Positions 10,501 through 18,880 of a DNA stretch of 30,604 nt are shown here, piece after piece. Source of the stretch: a virus. Taxonomy: Duplodnaviria > Caudoviricetes. Below the pieces are notes generated by a model. The model saw only the letters and a list, made by a program, of their open reading frames with translations, did not search any database and was not told the origin of the DNA. The stretch spans positions 1 to 30,604 of IMG/VR virus record IMGVR_UViG_3300025382_000032; one strand, 5' to 3'. A program made the translations under genes and the position numbers. Every line of letters starts with the position of its first letter. Position 1 is the first letter of the stretch.

Positions 10501-10627
10501 TTTTATCAAATTCGGCACCAAGGTTACCAATTTGTTGAGCTGCTTGGGAAACAAAATTTCCTATGCCACTAGCTACGCTTCCAAAGAAACTTCCAACGCC
10601 AGAAACAAAATCGCTTACTGCACTCAT
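7559..10627 (-). CDS. Putative ejection protein (1022 aa): Gly/Ala hydrophobic N-terminus, coiled coil, Thr/Gly linker, conserved C-terminal domain
   Basis: C-terminal GAGDGTSDSIPAMLANGEFVIPADVV motif, also seen at C-termini of tape-measure/internal proteins; long GAG and GTG tracts. Confidence 0.7.
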   Translation of the reverse strand: MSAVSDFVSGVGSFFGSVASGIGNFVSQAAQQIGNLGAEFDKTVKDTIPGGWATLGTAALAVAAPYLAPYIAEGAAAGEGLGAGAGIGAGAGTSTAGVGLGAGSATGIAGTEAAAGLGLGTGATGVGIGTGAGLTGAGTAAGIAGTEAAAGLGAGAAGAAGSSLLNSAGTGALTGGGLGGTKAVLTGQDPLKGILSGAVSGALTGAALNSLTSPELASQLGLSSPLSPSTASTLLSATQSLVSGKDPITVLENTALGGGLSYLGGQANTQLSGSVPQPVASALIGAGTGALGSAIKGGDVNAGLLSGAVGATIGSAINGAKSYQSALSDAYNSAYTPALQKTQEAQTALEKALQNPDYVQASQQADAAKNEVQNLYNQFETLKPQAQSLYAAATAAQTDYNNALTAFNSNTNPTQADYDNLQALGTKYQNAVAAYNPIGTNLNDIATTDYAAAQTSLKTASANLENIYQKTVAPLESTYQTTNNNLNSIYQNVISPLTTASQNATSTLNDNLQQSGLDTQTIASNFGISQDQLNNILTGQLSAGPSINSIAANAPPTIGQADLASTIPVTNPDGSQGFLNPTTGAVYDQNGNLNVAATNTTGATFTGQSGQTAGLGTGIVSGPKGTVTVTSPTAEELAQYGISGTGTTNTNTTQPTTTDTTQTATTGTTPTGTTDSSQVSPSDIISNIIANQTPSKTTGGLPSGTSTTPATTATTGGLPTSTTAGTTAGTGTGTGTTTTGGSGAGTAVGTGIGAGLVAGLGTGAGTGTGTTAGVGTGTGVGTGTGLGTGTTLTNLSPTTAIPSSNLPSTTSGNLTPTMVKGSQIALPLSSLAIPVDSYASPTYNPNQLQEIQQAATGGLMQVPHLASGGDDFSMKPVFMKGKEIQGHPSLFGREGVPLYNVPGHANGGDTNMSYQDRVLPQEHNPQFFSEGGLNSMQHRYVQGAGDGTSDSIPAMLANGEFVIPADVVSSLGNGSNDSGAKVLDAFLKTIRAHKQKHDAKHLPPDSKGPLAYLLQAKEKVRA

Positions 10628-10986
10628 ACTTTAGCCATCCAAGTAAATTTAGGTAAGTTAGATTTTTGTACATCAAAACCAATTTTTTTCATCAATTTTA
10701 AAAGATTTTGATTTAAAGTATTTCCGTAAATAACTTCTATTTCTGATGCTTTTAATTTTTTTAAAAAACCAGCTAAAGTATTTCTTAAAGTTAAAGGTGA
10801 ATCAACTGTGGATAAATGTACCATTGCTCGTTTATCACCTAATCTAGTAACTAGTAATATTGAGTTATTTTCTTGTAATAAAACTGTATGTCCACTATTG
10901 ACTTGACCAAGTGCACTTTGCAAAACCTTTTGAGGATCTGCACCTTGATTTTGAGCATCTTGCATTAATATTTGAGATGGTGTCAT
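10624..10986 (-). CDS. Hypothetical protein (120 aa), possibly degenerate GNAT fold
   Basis: IYGNTLNQNLLKLMKKIGF resembles the GNAT C-terminal N..(L)xKxGF motif; lies between nozzle and ejection genes. Confidence 0.45.
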   Translation of the reverse strand: MTPSQILMQDAQNQGADPQKVLQSALGQVNSGHTVLLQENNSILLVTRLGDKRAMVHLSTVDSPLTLRNTLAGFLKKLKASEIEVIYGNTLNQNLLKLMKKIGFDVQKSNLPKFTWMAKV

Positions 10987-11255
10987 TAGTGGCTCTTACC
11001 GTTAATAATTAAAGATACTTCACTTGCCCAACCTTGCCAGTTATCATATGTATCTGGTGTAGGTATTGGAAATGCTGAAAAAGTAAAAGTGCTTGCAATT
11101 ACGGAAGCAGCGTTTTTCCAGTTCTCTTCTGTTTCGCTGGGTATATTTAATTGACCGTAATAAATAATAAAGTTTCCATTCCAATCTTCCCAGCTTGAAT
11201 ACTCTGGGGAAAAAGGAAAAAACTGTTGATTATTCTTATTGACATAAACGGTCAT
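10986..11255 (-). CDS. Hypothetical Trp-rich protein (89 aa)
   Basis: Overlaps both neighbours (ATGA and TAATG coupling). Confidence 0.7.
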   Translation of the reverse strand: MTVYVNKNNQQFFPFSPEYSSWEDWNGNFIIYYGQLNIPSETEENWKNAASVIASTFTFSAFPIPTPDTYDNWQGWASEVSLIINGKSH

Positions 11256-13417
11256 GGACGCTCATCTCCGTATTCTGCGGTAATAAGCAAGCGACCCATT
11301 TCATAATTGCCATCAATTTCATTAGATTCAAATTTTAATCTAACCAAACGGGCTTCCACGCGTAAGTCAATTTTATCGGTATTAGGTGTAAAGTAAAATG
11401 GGCCGTAGTTTTCCATAGTTGATTCTAAACCATTTGCAAATTTACGACCTAAAATAGTCATAGCCATTGTACCAGTTTGCAAAAAGTTCGGTTCAACGCG
11501 GCGTAAATGCATACGACGATTAATACCAATCAAACCATCTTGACTTGGGCTACCAGTTAACCAACTAATGTCACTGGTGGTAATACTGGAATAGATTGCC
11601 TCTTCGGTGTTAAGGTTTACTTGGTTTTGACCATACTCATGTTGCCAAATAGTGTAGCCACCAGTTTGTTGATATACCAAAGAACCAACAGCAATTGCTG
11701 AATTAGTATTACCGGTAATAGTTACAAAAGTTACGCCAGGAGTACCAATAGTTGTATTATAAGTATAAACTGAAGAAACTACCCTATATGTTTGAGTTGA
11801 ATCTGCGTTTGGTGAAAAAGTTAAAACTGCACCAGGGGAAAACACACTAGTTACATCCCCAGAAAAATACATCTGGTTATTACTAGGTGCCGACATACTA
11901 GCGGGATGCTGAATTACAGTGTATGGTTGGCTAAATGATGGTGTGTAATTCCAGTCACACCAAATAGGGTAAGGCAACAATTCAACTGTATAACCACAAG
12001 AGCGTTGTGCTCCCACAGCTTGACCAGCGTCATACCACAGCTTGTCTTTTACATTATAAATAATGGCATCAGTACATTCTGTAGCTGTGCCACGGGGATA
12101 AAAGAACCAAATCTCATTGTAGCGTGGTATCTTAGTAGCCCACACTTTTTGACGCTGTATATAATTGAGGTTGTCGAATAGGTAGTTTACATTCTTATCA
12201 TTTGGTACTACCACCACGCTACCATTATAAGCATAAAATCGATCAACGCCCATCCAATAATATATACCGTCCATCTCAACAACAGCATTAGATGACATAA
12301 TTGAGATTTGGCTAGAAACGATATCATAATTCCAATACTGGCTAGTAGGGGTTGTACTAGAAGCAGATGAGTTAAATGAAACACGAATTAAACTATCGGT
12401 TGCCCAAAACAAACCAGCTGGTGAGTTTGTACCACCACGCATTGGCATACCTTTAACAATCTTAGATGCCGATACGTTAACTTGGTTAGCTAATGTACCA
12501 TTCCAATCAAAGAAGTTTTGCTGAGTATAGGTATTACTTACATTGTTGTTTGCAATAAAGCCATGTGACCCGTATACAAAAATAAAAGGATACAACATGC
12601 AAACCCCGCCATCAACACTAATTGGTTTGTAGGTTGGGTTTTGACCGCTAGAATCGGATAAACCTTGGAATGTCCAAGTATTGTTTGCACCTGGTGTAAT
12701 ACTTCCATACAACACTTGGGAAGTTACACCGTTATCAATATTAACTAAATTGTATCCAGGATGGGCGAATACGGCTAACTGACCACCTTGTGAACTAAAC
12801 TGAGCATCAAACTGCCAGTCAAGACGATATGGGCCACCAATTGGATCTGGTGTAAAAACAGCAGAATTGTTTAACCAAACTGTTGTTGGGCTACCAGTAA
12901 TTGTAGCCGTTACCGTCACCGTTGTATTAGGTGATGTGTAAGTTGGTGTACCCGTAGTCGTGTAGTTTACTGGTGTTGTCTGATTAAAGATTACCGTTGT
13001 TCCACTAGGGAATGATGATCTTACATCTCCAGCAACTTGGAAAGTGGTTGTTCCTAAACTAGCTATTGTAAACGGAACAGTGCCGGGTAAAATATTTACT
13101 TTAAATGGTCCAGAACCAACACCGTAGTTTGTCCCAGTAGCAAATGCATCTAGCTCTTGGTAGTTACCAGCAAAAATATAGTTTACGCCATTGTAAGGCT
13201 GGACAATCATGCCACGATAAATACCAGTATTGCTAGTAAACAGTGTGCGGTAACCACCTATTTTTTTAGGATCGCCACGCTGAAAACGACACCATACACC
13301 ATCGGTGTATTGGTCATTTTGAAACTGAGTACCATCGCGCTTGATTCCAGCGGGTATTGCTAAGCTGTAAATCGAAGTATATTGCGAAGTATCTTGTCGC
13401 TGATTATCAGCCGCCAT
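11252..13417 (-). CDS. Tail nozzle / DNA stabilization protein (P22 gp10-like)
   Basis: PAGIKRDGT..DGVWCRF start, YWMGVDRFYAYNG, NEIWFFYP, IIYNVKDKLW, and C-terminal R-x-x-x-R-x-x-x-L-K-F-E-S pattern. Confidence 0.8.
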   Translation of the reverse strand: MAADNQRQDTSQYTSIYSLAIPAGIKRDGTQFQNDQYTDGVWCRFQRGDPKKIGGYRTLFTSNTGIYRGMIVQPYNGVNYIFAGNYQELDAFATGTNYGVGSGPFKVNILPGTVPFTIASLGTTTFQVAGDVRSSFPSGTTVIFNQTTPVNYTTTGTPTYTSPNTTVTVTATITGSPTTVWLNNSAVFTPDPIGGPYRLDWQFDAQFSSQGGQLAVFAHPGYNLVNIDNGVTSQVLYGSITPGANNTWTFQGLSDSSGQNPTYKPISVDGGVCMLYPFIFVYGSHGFIANNNVSNTYTQQNFFDWNGTLANQVNVSASKIVKGMPMRGGTNSPAGLFWATDSLIRVSFNSSASSTTPTSQYWNYDIVSSQISIMSSNAVVEMDGIYYWMGVDRFYAYNGSVVVVPNDKNVNYLFDNLNYIQRQKVWATKIPRYNEIWFFYPRGTATECTDAIIYNVKDKLWYDAGQAVGAQRSCGYTVELLPYPIWCDWNYTPSFSQPYTVIQHPASMSAPSNNQMYFSGDVTSVFSPGAVLTFSPNADSTQTYRVVSSVYTYNTTIGTPGVTFVTITGNTNSAIAVGSLVYQQTGGYTIWQHEYGQNQVNLNTEEAIYSSITTSDISWLTGSPSQDGLIGINRRMHLRRVEPNFLQTGTMAMTILGRKFANGLESTMENYGPFYFTPNTDKIDLRVEARLVRLKFESNEIDGNYEMGRLLITAEYGDERP

Positions 13418-14899
13418 TTAGAACGATCCACCAGTAATTAATTGGGAATTTAATTGACCGTTAACTGTAACAATTGGAGAAGACAAATTAGAACCATTGA
13501 TATCAATGAGTTCTTGACCATTTGCAGCAAGTCCTAAAATACCAGTGCCAACTAAATACATACCAGTTGAGTTATCATTTAAAAATGAATATGATGGGCC
13601 ACCAGCGGTTCCGTTAATTGCTTTAAAAGTAGAAGATGATGATGCGTTTAAAATGTATAAAAACTCACCATCGCTCAATACTGTAAAAATTTGACCATTA
13701 TTTAAAACAATCGGAGTCTGAGTACTTCCAGAGTTTTGGAAAGTAATACTGTAACCAGATTGATTGGTGCTATTATTAAAAATATAAAACTGGGTAATTG
13801 CTGGCAATGTCACTGCTAGAGTTGCAGTACGAGTACCAGTTTGTGCAACATAAGTTTGTATGATTGGGGCGTTTGCAGATAAATTTAATGTATTTCCAGA
13901 AATGGAATCCACATCATAAGTTGCTGCCGTAAACACCACATTGTTAGGAGTTACCCAGCCAACAGTAATATATGCACCTAAACTTGCGTCAAAAAATATA
14001 AAACCAGAATCCCCAGGATTTGTTGTAATGGAGGTTTGTCCATTAATTTTTTGTGGTGATGGGGGAGTAAATGTTAAAGCACCAGTACTACTATTTCTAA
14101 AGGCAATATACCAGCCAGTTGATAAAGTAGATATAGATGGTAAGTTAATATTACCAGCACCGCCAAGCCAATTGTAAGTGATTGCTCTACTTGTATTAGT
14201 TACGCTAGGAGCCACAGAAACATCGACGATGTTTTGGGTAGTAGCTAATTGACCGTTTACTGTAGTTAATCCAGCACCGGCTAAAGAAGCCGCATCTGCT
14301 GCGGAAGTACCAGCACCAAATGTAACATTACCCCATGTGCCAGCTGTGGTTGTATTGTTTTGTAAATAAAAATACTTAGAAATACCAGTAGCAATCGTTA
14401 CAGAGTTAGCACCAGTGTAATCAGTAACAACAAAAGAAATTGATCCCAAATTACGGAATAAAATATCTGCACCAACGGTACCTTGGTTTCCTTGAGGTAA
14501 AGCAATTTTTAACGCAAATGAAACTGAGGTAACAGTAACACCAGATCCCAATGCTGAAGTAAATGTAACAACGGTATTGCCAGATGTCAATGTAGAGCTA
14601 ACTACAGTATATACAGTTGATCCACCGTTAAAATTAATTGTTACGCCATTTACAAAAACACTCGTTAAATTCTGACTAGCAATTGTAAAAGTGGTTGTAG
14701 TATTTGCAGAAATAGAATAGCTAGTAGCATTGGGGGTTACATCAATAATACGACTAGCAACAGTTTCACCTAACGCTTGATTTACAACCGATGGCCAATA
14801 GAGCTGGGTATTAGCAGTAAGGGCTAATGCAGAATACGATACATCCGTTGGGGTAACAACGGTGCCAGTAAAAGGCGATGTGTAAATTGGGGTAGTCAT
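13418..14899 (-). CDS. Tail fibre/structural protein (493 aa)
   Basis: Thr/Ser-rich beta composition; three LP...(F)xN repeat units; PSYSFLNDNSTGMY fibre motif; ends ITGGSF. Confidence 0.7.
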   Translation of the reverse strand: MTTPIYTSPFTGTVVTPTDVSYSALALTANTQLYWPSVVNQALGETVASRIIDVTPNATSYSISANTTTTFTIASQNLTSVFVNGVTINFNGGSTVYTVVSSTLTSGNTVVTFTSALGSGVTVTSVSFALKIALPQGNQGTVGADILFRNLGSISFVVTDYTGANSVTIATGISKYFYLQNNTTTAGTWGNVTFGAGTSAADAASLAGAGLTTVNGQLATTQNIVDVSVAPSVTNTSRAITYNWLGGAGNINLPSISTLSTGWYIAFRNSSTGALTFTPPSPQKINGQTSITTNPGDSGFIFFDASLGAYITVGWVTPNNVVFTAATYDVDSISGNTLNLSANAPIIQTYVAQTGTRTATLAVTLPAITQFYIFNNSTNQSGYSITFQNSGSTQTPIVLNNGQIFTVLSDGEFLYILNASSSSTFKAINGTAGGPSYSFLNDNSTGMYLVGTGILGLAANGQELIDINGSNLSSPIVTVNGQLNSQLITGGSF

Positions 14900-14902
14900 C
14901 TA

Positions 14903-15517
14903 TTAGGGTTCCTGTACATTCGTGTTGCGATCCACACGACGAGTATTGTCTTCTTTTTTCAATGCAGCAATAGCATCAGTATAGTATTGCTTCCAAACAG
15001 GCAATTTGTCCAAAGCTTTTAAATAACCTTGTGCTTGTAATAGTGCACCATAAAGCATAGCTTGTGGAGCAACAGCCGTCCACAAATTTTGCTGGTTGTT
15101 TTGATCTAAAGGCTGGATTTCAGCATAGTAGATAATTTCTACTGGATAGCTTTGATCTGGAGTAGGTGCAAAAAGCCAATTGTTAAAATCATATTCTGAA
15201 TAATAAGCTGGTTGTGCCGCAGAGGATTCAGAAATATATTGTGCCACATAGTCTTGGCTACGAAGCTGTACGGGCTGTCCGTTAATCTTCATGGATACTG
15301 TTTTGCGCCAACGAGCGGGCTTGTTCAAAACCCCAACATTGGAGGTTAAATTAGTTTCCACCACAATTAACTGCATGTAAGTTTTTAACTCAGCCGCAAT
15401 TGATGATTCAGCCAAAGCAATTAAATTAGGAATCTGAGCAATAAAATCTGCGTCATCTCGTTCCATGTATTGCTGGATGTTCAACACCAGCGAGTCGTAG
15501 GTCATTATTACGCTCAT
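14903..15517 (-). CDS. Head-tail adaptor-like protein (204 aa)
   Basis: TYDSL..IQQYMER..IPNLIALAE..I start, P-x-YY and APTPD motifs, LYGALLQA helix. Confidence 0.75.
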   Translation of the reverse strand: MSVIMTYDSLVLNIQQYMERDDADFIAQIPNLIALAESSIAAELKTYMQLIVVETNLTSNVGVLNKPARWRKTVSMKINGQPVQLRSQDYVAQYISESSAAQPAYYSEYDFNNWLFAPTPDQSYPVEIIYYAEIQPLDQNNQQNLWTAVAPQAMLYGALLQAQGYLKALDKLPVWKQYYTDAIAALKKEDNTRRVDRNTNVQEP

Positions 15518-16587
15518 CTTGTGTAGTAGCTTATGTTAGGTTGGAAATAGATTGGAGACTTATCACGATCTTCATCACTAGCGTGCTGGAATAGTTTATT
15601 AGCTTGCATTTCTAAATACTGGATGCGAGGCATATCCACATTCTGTAATTGCAAAGATAGCTTGTGAGACAGCTGTGCTTGAATGGCTGGCAACCAGCGA
15701 TCCGGTACATAAATTTCATTTGTCAATGAGCCCACATCTTGCATCTGTACATCCACAACCAACTGAAACATTTGGTATGGGTTATTTGGCACTGGCCACA
15801 AATACATAGAAGGTTCAATAGTACGGTCAAACCAGTACTGTAGTGAACGAACGGATGGAAATTGTTTGTTTGGAAGATTCCAGTAATCATCGCGGTTTAA
15901 GCGGGCTAGTGGAATAACTTGTTGACTTGTTGAAAACACAATTTGGCGAACAGAGAATGTGGTCGCTTTAGTTTCACGCAAACGGTAAAACAGATGTGGT
16001 TCTGTAATTGAAATATTGTAGTACTGCCATTGATAATCTGTCATGGTAATTTCTGGGAAAGTCTGTTTGACTACCCAGTTAATACCATCGTCACTATACT
16101 CGTATACTAGATTATATGTTTGTGTACCACCATTTGGTGCGTAGCAGTTCCAACCCACATAGTAAACGCTTTGTGCTTGCTGGTAACCAAGACCAATCCA
16201 GTTTTCAGCTGGTGTGGACACAGCTAAAGAAGCTAGTTGTGACTGAAGATTAAATGCGTTTGGTGCAGTAGAATTGTCTGTTGGTAAGTAAACTGAGGCT
16301 TGAATGTTTTGAACATAAACCCAGTTAGCCTCACGAACATCAATTGTAGTCTTTGGTAGAACCAACTGCTGTTGCTGAGTTAAAGCACCATACAATTGGT
16401 TTTCCAATAACCACAAATTAACACCCATGTTAGACAAATCCATGAGGTTATAAAATAAAGCTTGTTTAGCTGCTTGGACATATTCGGGCGTCATTTCTTC
16501 TGCCGTTTTACCAGCATCACGAAATGCATAAGAAATTAACTGGTCGACATTAACCTTTGTCTGACCAGTTGTGTTGCTATACGCCAT
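15514..16587 (-). CDS. Adaptor/tail tubular A-like protein with inserted discoidin-like domain (357 aa)
   Basis: LNRDDYWNLPNK..QYWFDR..LWPVP adaptor motifs; internal EYSDDGINW and FYRLR typical of F5/8-type domains. Confidence 0.7.
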   Translation of the reverse strand: MAYSNTTGQTKVNVDQLISYAFRDAGKTAEEMTPEYVQAAKQALFYNLMDLSNMGVNLWLLENQLYGALTQQQQLVLPKTTIDVREANWVYVQNIQASVYLPTDNSTAPNAFNLQSQLASLAVSTPAENWIGLGYQQAQSVYYVGWNCYAPNGGTQTYNLVYEYSDDGINWVVKQTFPEITMTDYQWQYYNISITEPHLFYRLRETKATTFSVRQIVFSTSQQVIPLARLNRDDYWNLPNKQFPSVRSLQYWFDRTIEPSMYLWPVPNNPYQMFQLVVDVQMQDVGSLTNEIYVPDRWLPAIQAQLSHKLSLQLQNVDMPRIQYLEMQANKLFQHASDEDRDKSPIYFQPNISYYTR

Positions 16588-16588
16588 A

Positions 16589-16756
16589 TTAACGTCCTCG
16601 GCCAGCGGCTCGCTTAGTTACTTTTTGAGGTAAATTCGGTTTTGCTTTGCCGGCTTTGATAAACTCTTTGCCAACTTTTTTAGGAATGCCAAGAGTCGAT
16701 TTACCGGCGGCGGCAGCATACATTGCCGCCATTTGGTCTTTCGATTTAATTGGCAT
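16589..16756 (-). CDS. Small basic protein (55 aa), absent from ORF track
   Basis: [55 protein letters not shown]; ATG overlaps the upstream stop (TAATG) and the ORF fills the gap exactly. Confidence 0.85.
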   Translation of the reverse strand: MPIKSKDQMAAMYAAAAGKSTLGIPKKVGKEFIKAGKAKPNLPQKVTKRAAGRGR

Positions 16757-17382
16757 TATGAGCAGGTTCCGCCAGTGTTCATCTTTTTCACTGCAGCACT
16801 TTTTGTTTCTGCTTTGGTTGGCTTTAATTTAGTTTTAACGGTTTCGTCTTTATCGCCAGAAGGTTTACCCATCTGTTGAATGCTACCGCCAGTTTTCTTT
16901 TTATCAATCTTAGATAACTCAGATCCCATTTTTGCATCAGTTCCGCCATAAGGATTAGAAGAGCCACCCATATTAAATTTACGAGCACTGTTATCACCCT
17001 TACCAGCTGCTGAAGAAGCACCAGCTTTGGTGGGTTCGATATCTTTAGTTTTTTCAATACGATCTAAATCGCCAGCTTTTTTCTTGGAACCATAAACATT
17101 TTCTACAGAACCACCAGTTTTATACTTACGAACTTTAGCATCTTCTTTTTTCATACGACCGCCTTTTTTGAGCTTGATCTCAGTTGGCTCTTTGTCGTGT
17201 TCAGCTTCGTCGTGTTGTTTAAATGCTTTTTTAATAAGCTTTTTATCTTGGGCTAAGTCATCATCAACTTCACCACCGGCTTTCATAGCCTTGCCACCCC
17301 AGCACATTGCTTTTGGTTTAGCCTTAGCGTGACCGCCTTCTTTAAAGCACTGCATTTTGGGTAATGATTTAAATCCGTCCAT
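16756..17382 (-). CDS. Lys-rich disordered protein with repeated x-x-x-GG motifs (208 aa), putative internal head protein
   Basis: GAGGA Shine-Dalgarno; motifs FKEGG, MCWGG, MKAGG, LKKGG, YKTGG, FNMGG, KKTGG, MNTGG. Confidence 0.75.
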   Translation of the reverse strand: MDGFKSLPKMQCFKEGGHAKAKPKAMCWGGKAMKAGGEVDDDLAQDKKLIKKAFKQHDEAEHDKEPTEIKLKKGGRMKKEDAKVRKYKTGGSVENVYGSKKKAGDLDRIEKTKDIEPTKAGASSAAGKGDNSARKFNMGGSSNPYGGTDAKMGSELSKIDKKKTGGSIQQMGKPSGDKDETVKTKLKPTKAETKSAAVKKMNTGGTCS

Positions 17383-17424
17383 GGTATTTCCTCGAGGTTA
17401 AATGGTTAAAAAGGGTGATCGGCC

Positions 17425-17463
17425 CTTATATCTACTTATGCAAAAAACAACTGTTTTACGCCC
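17425..17463 (-). promoter_or_regulatory. Putative phage late promoter, copy 2 (GGGCGT-N14-TTGCATAAGTAG-w-TATA)
   Basis: Same two boxes and same 14-nt spacer as 30292-30330; located at a gene boundary ahead of a structural block. Confidence 0.75.
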
Positions 17464-17974
17464 CTAAAAATAATGCTCTTTCGCGTTTACGGCGATTGAT
17501 TAATACATCGGGCTTGTTCCACATCAAAATAGCGTCTGCAGCACCTTGCATGTCGTTAGCGTTAATTTTTTTGACAACGGTAGACTTAGCAAAGTTAGTG
17601 CCTCCAATATTGAAGCAGAGGCTGTATAGGGCATCGTATTGGTTCTGGGTAAGGGGTACCTTTACTGAGGTCTCAACGGCTTCGCTACACCACTTTAAAT
17701 CGCTTTTAAGAAGCTCTTCTACTTGTTCGTTGGTTAGGGTGGCTGTTAGCAGGTAATCTTCATCTGTTTTGATAAGGTGCCCAACACCAATAGTCCACAG
17801 ACCCTTAGAGTCTTTATAAGCCTTATTACGGGCACCTTCTTCTTTGGTAATAAAATCTAATGTGGATTTAGCGATTGCCATAACATTTTCTTCAATTTGG
17901 GTAAATCGATCTGTGAAGTGGATTGCGGCAAATATCCCCAATATCCACATCAGTACTACGAATAGCTTTTTCAT
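17456..17974 (-). CDS. Endolysin, GH24 (T4/P21-type) lysozyme with N-terminal membrane anchor (SAR-like)
   Basis: EEGARNKAYKDSKGLWTIGVGH contains the E-x8-D-x5-T triad; LTQNQYDALYSLCFNIG; RRKRERALF; hydrophobic residues 4-20. Confidence 0.93.
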   Translation of the reverse strand: MKKLFVVLMWILGIFAAIHFTDRFTQIEENVMAIAKSTLDFITKEEGARNKAYKDSKGLWTIGVGHLIKTDEDYLLTATLTNEQVEELLKSDLKWCSEAVETSVKVPLTQNQYDALYSLCFNIGGTNFAKSTVVKKINANDMQGAADAILMWNKPDVLINRRKRERALFLGA

Positions 17975-17987
17975 TTTTGCTCCTTAC

Positions 17988-18008
17988 TTTACGCTAATCT
18001 AGCGTAAA
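17988..18008 (-). promoter_or_regulatory. Perfect 9-bp hairpin just upstream of the endolysin RBS
   Basis: tttacgcta-atc-tagcgtaaa; on the minus strand followed by GTAAGGAG and the ATG. Confidence 0.55.
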
Positions 18009-18014
18009 TTGGGG

Positions 18015-18425
18015 TCACTTATTTAGTGAGTCGTATTGGGCGTAGCATGCTTGAAGGGCAGTTCTTATTTGGTCTGCTCTGGCAGCTTCCCGTTCAAGAA
18101 AGACTGCATCCTCGGCAGAAAGGGATCGCCCAGTTCCGTCTTGTCCATTTGTGGATTCTTGGGCACGACTGGGACGGCTACGCAACCCGACAAGAGCATC
18201 AGCAAGCTGGTTGTTAATAGAAGCAATTTGCGCATCTTTTTCAATCCTTATTTGGTCGGCGGCTGCTTGGTGTCTTTGCTGAGCTTCTTGAACCAGTCTG
18301 GTTTGCTCCACTTTATAAGCTTCAAATCTTCTAGATTCAAAACTATAGCCACTATACCAAGCGCCAGAAAGAAGCACAACAATAGCGATAATTTTGACAT
18401 AAGTAAATGGAGATAAGGGGAACAT
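18015..18425 (-). CDS. Rz: Inner-membrane spanin (Rz-like)
   Basis: N-terminal TM helix, periplasmic coiled coil, Cys near the C-terminus; contains an embedded lipoprotein ORF. Confidence 0.88.
   Translation of the reverse strand: MFPLSPFTYVKIIAIVVLLSGAWYSGYSFESRRFEAYKVEQTRLVQEAQQRHQAAADQIRIEKDAQIASINNQLADALVGLRSRPSRAQESTNGQDGTGRSLSAEDAVFLEREAARADQIRTALQACYAQYDSLNK
18065..18235 (-). CDS. Rz1: Outer-membrane spanin lipoprotein (Rz1-like, 56 aa) embedded in Rz; absent from ORF track
   Basis: MRKLLLLTTSLLMLLSGC-VAVPVVPKNPQMDKTELGDPFLPRMQSFLNGKLPEQTK: signal peptide II, lipobox LSGC, Pro-rich mature part, alternative frame. Confidence 0.9.
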   Translation of the reverse strand: MRKLLLLTTSLLMLLSGCVAVPVVPKNPQMDKTELGDPFLPRMQSFLNGKLPEQTK

Positions 18426-18652
18426 TACTGATCCCCTGGTTCGGTTTTACCCTTCATAGCTACGCTGGCACCTCCAGCAGCTGAGACAATACCAAGTGAT
18501 TCAGCCAGTTCCCGAATACTAACGGCATTATTCATCACTTGATAAAAGGCAAGTGCAATTACCGCAACAATGCTAATTAGCCAAGTTACTCGGCCAATGT
18601 CGTAGGTTTCATTGTCTTTACCTGTAAGCAACTGCTTAATTATTTGACTCAT
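18425..18652 (-). CDS. Putative holin (75 aa)
   Basis: Two hydrophobic segments, charged C-terminus, inside the lysis cassette. Confidence 0.65.
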   Translation of the reverse strand: MSQIIKQLLTGKDNETYDIGRVTWLISIVAVIALAFYQVMNNAVSIRELAESLGIVSAAGGASVAMKGKTEPGDQ

Positions 18653-18879
18653 TTTCTCAGCTGGTCTAGCTTGTCTTCGATGCGGTGAACGGCTTTGAGA
18701 ACTTCTTCCCAGCGGTCAGCAAAATCAGTTTTATGGATATAGTTTTCTGCTAGGTGAGCACGAAGATCATGTACTTCGTCTTTTAACAGCTGAACTGCAG
18801 TCCATAACTCTTTACAAAACCAACCTATCGCCACACAGATCAAAGGCAGAACTGTGTTAATTAGGGTTTGTAAATCCAT
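18649..18879 (-). CDS. Single-TM coiled-coil protein (76 aa), holin/antiholin-like
   Basis: MDLQTLINTVLPLICVAIGWF.. followed by heptads; the ATG at 18879 lies just after the upstream stop, so it is preferred over 18918. Confidence 0.6.
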   Translation of the reverse strand: MDLQTLINTVLPLICVAIGWFCKELWTAVQLLKDEVHDLRAHLAENYIHKTDFADRWEEVLKAVHRIEDKLDQLRK

Positions 18880-18880
18880 A

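Noticed and set aside
17425-17463. Canonical sigma54 promoter
   Set aside because: GG-to-GC spacing is about 20 nt rather than the strict 10 nt
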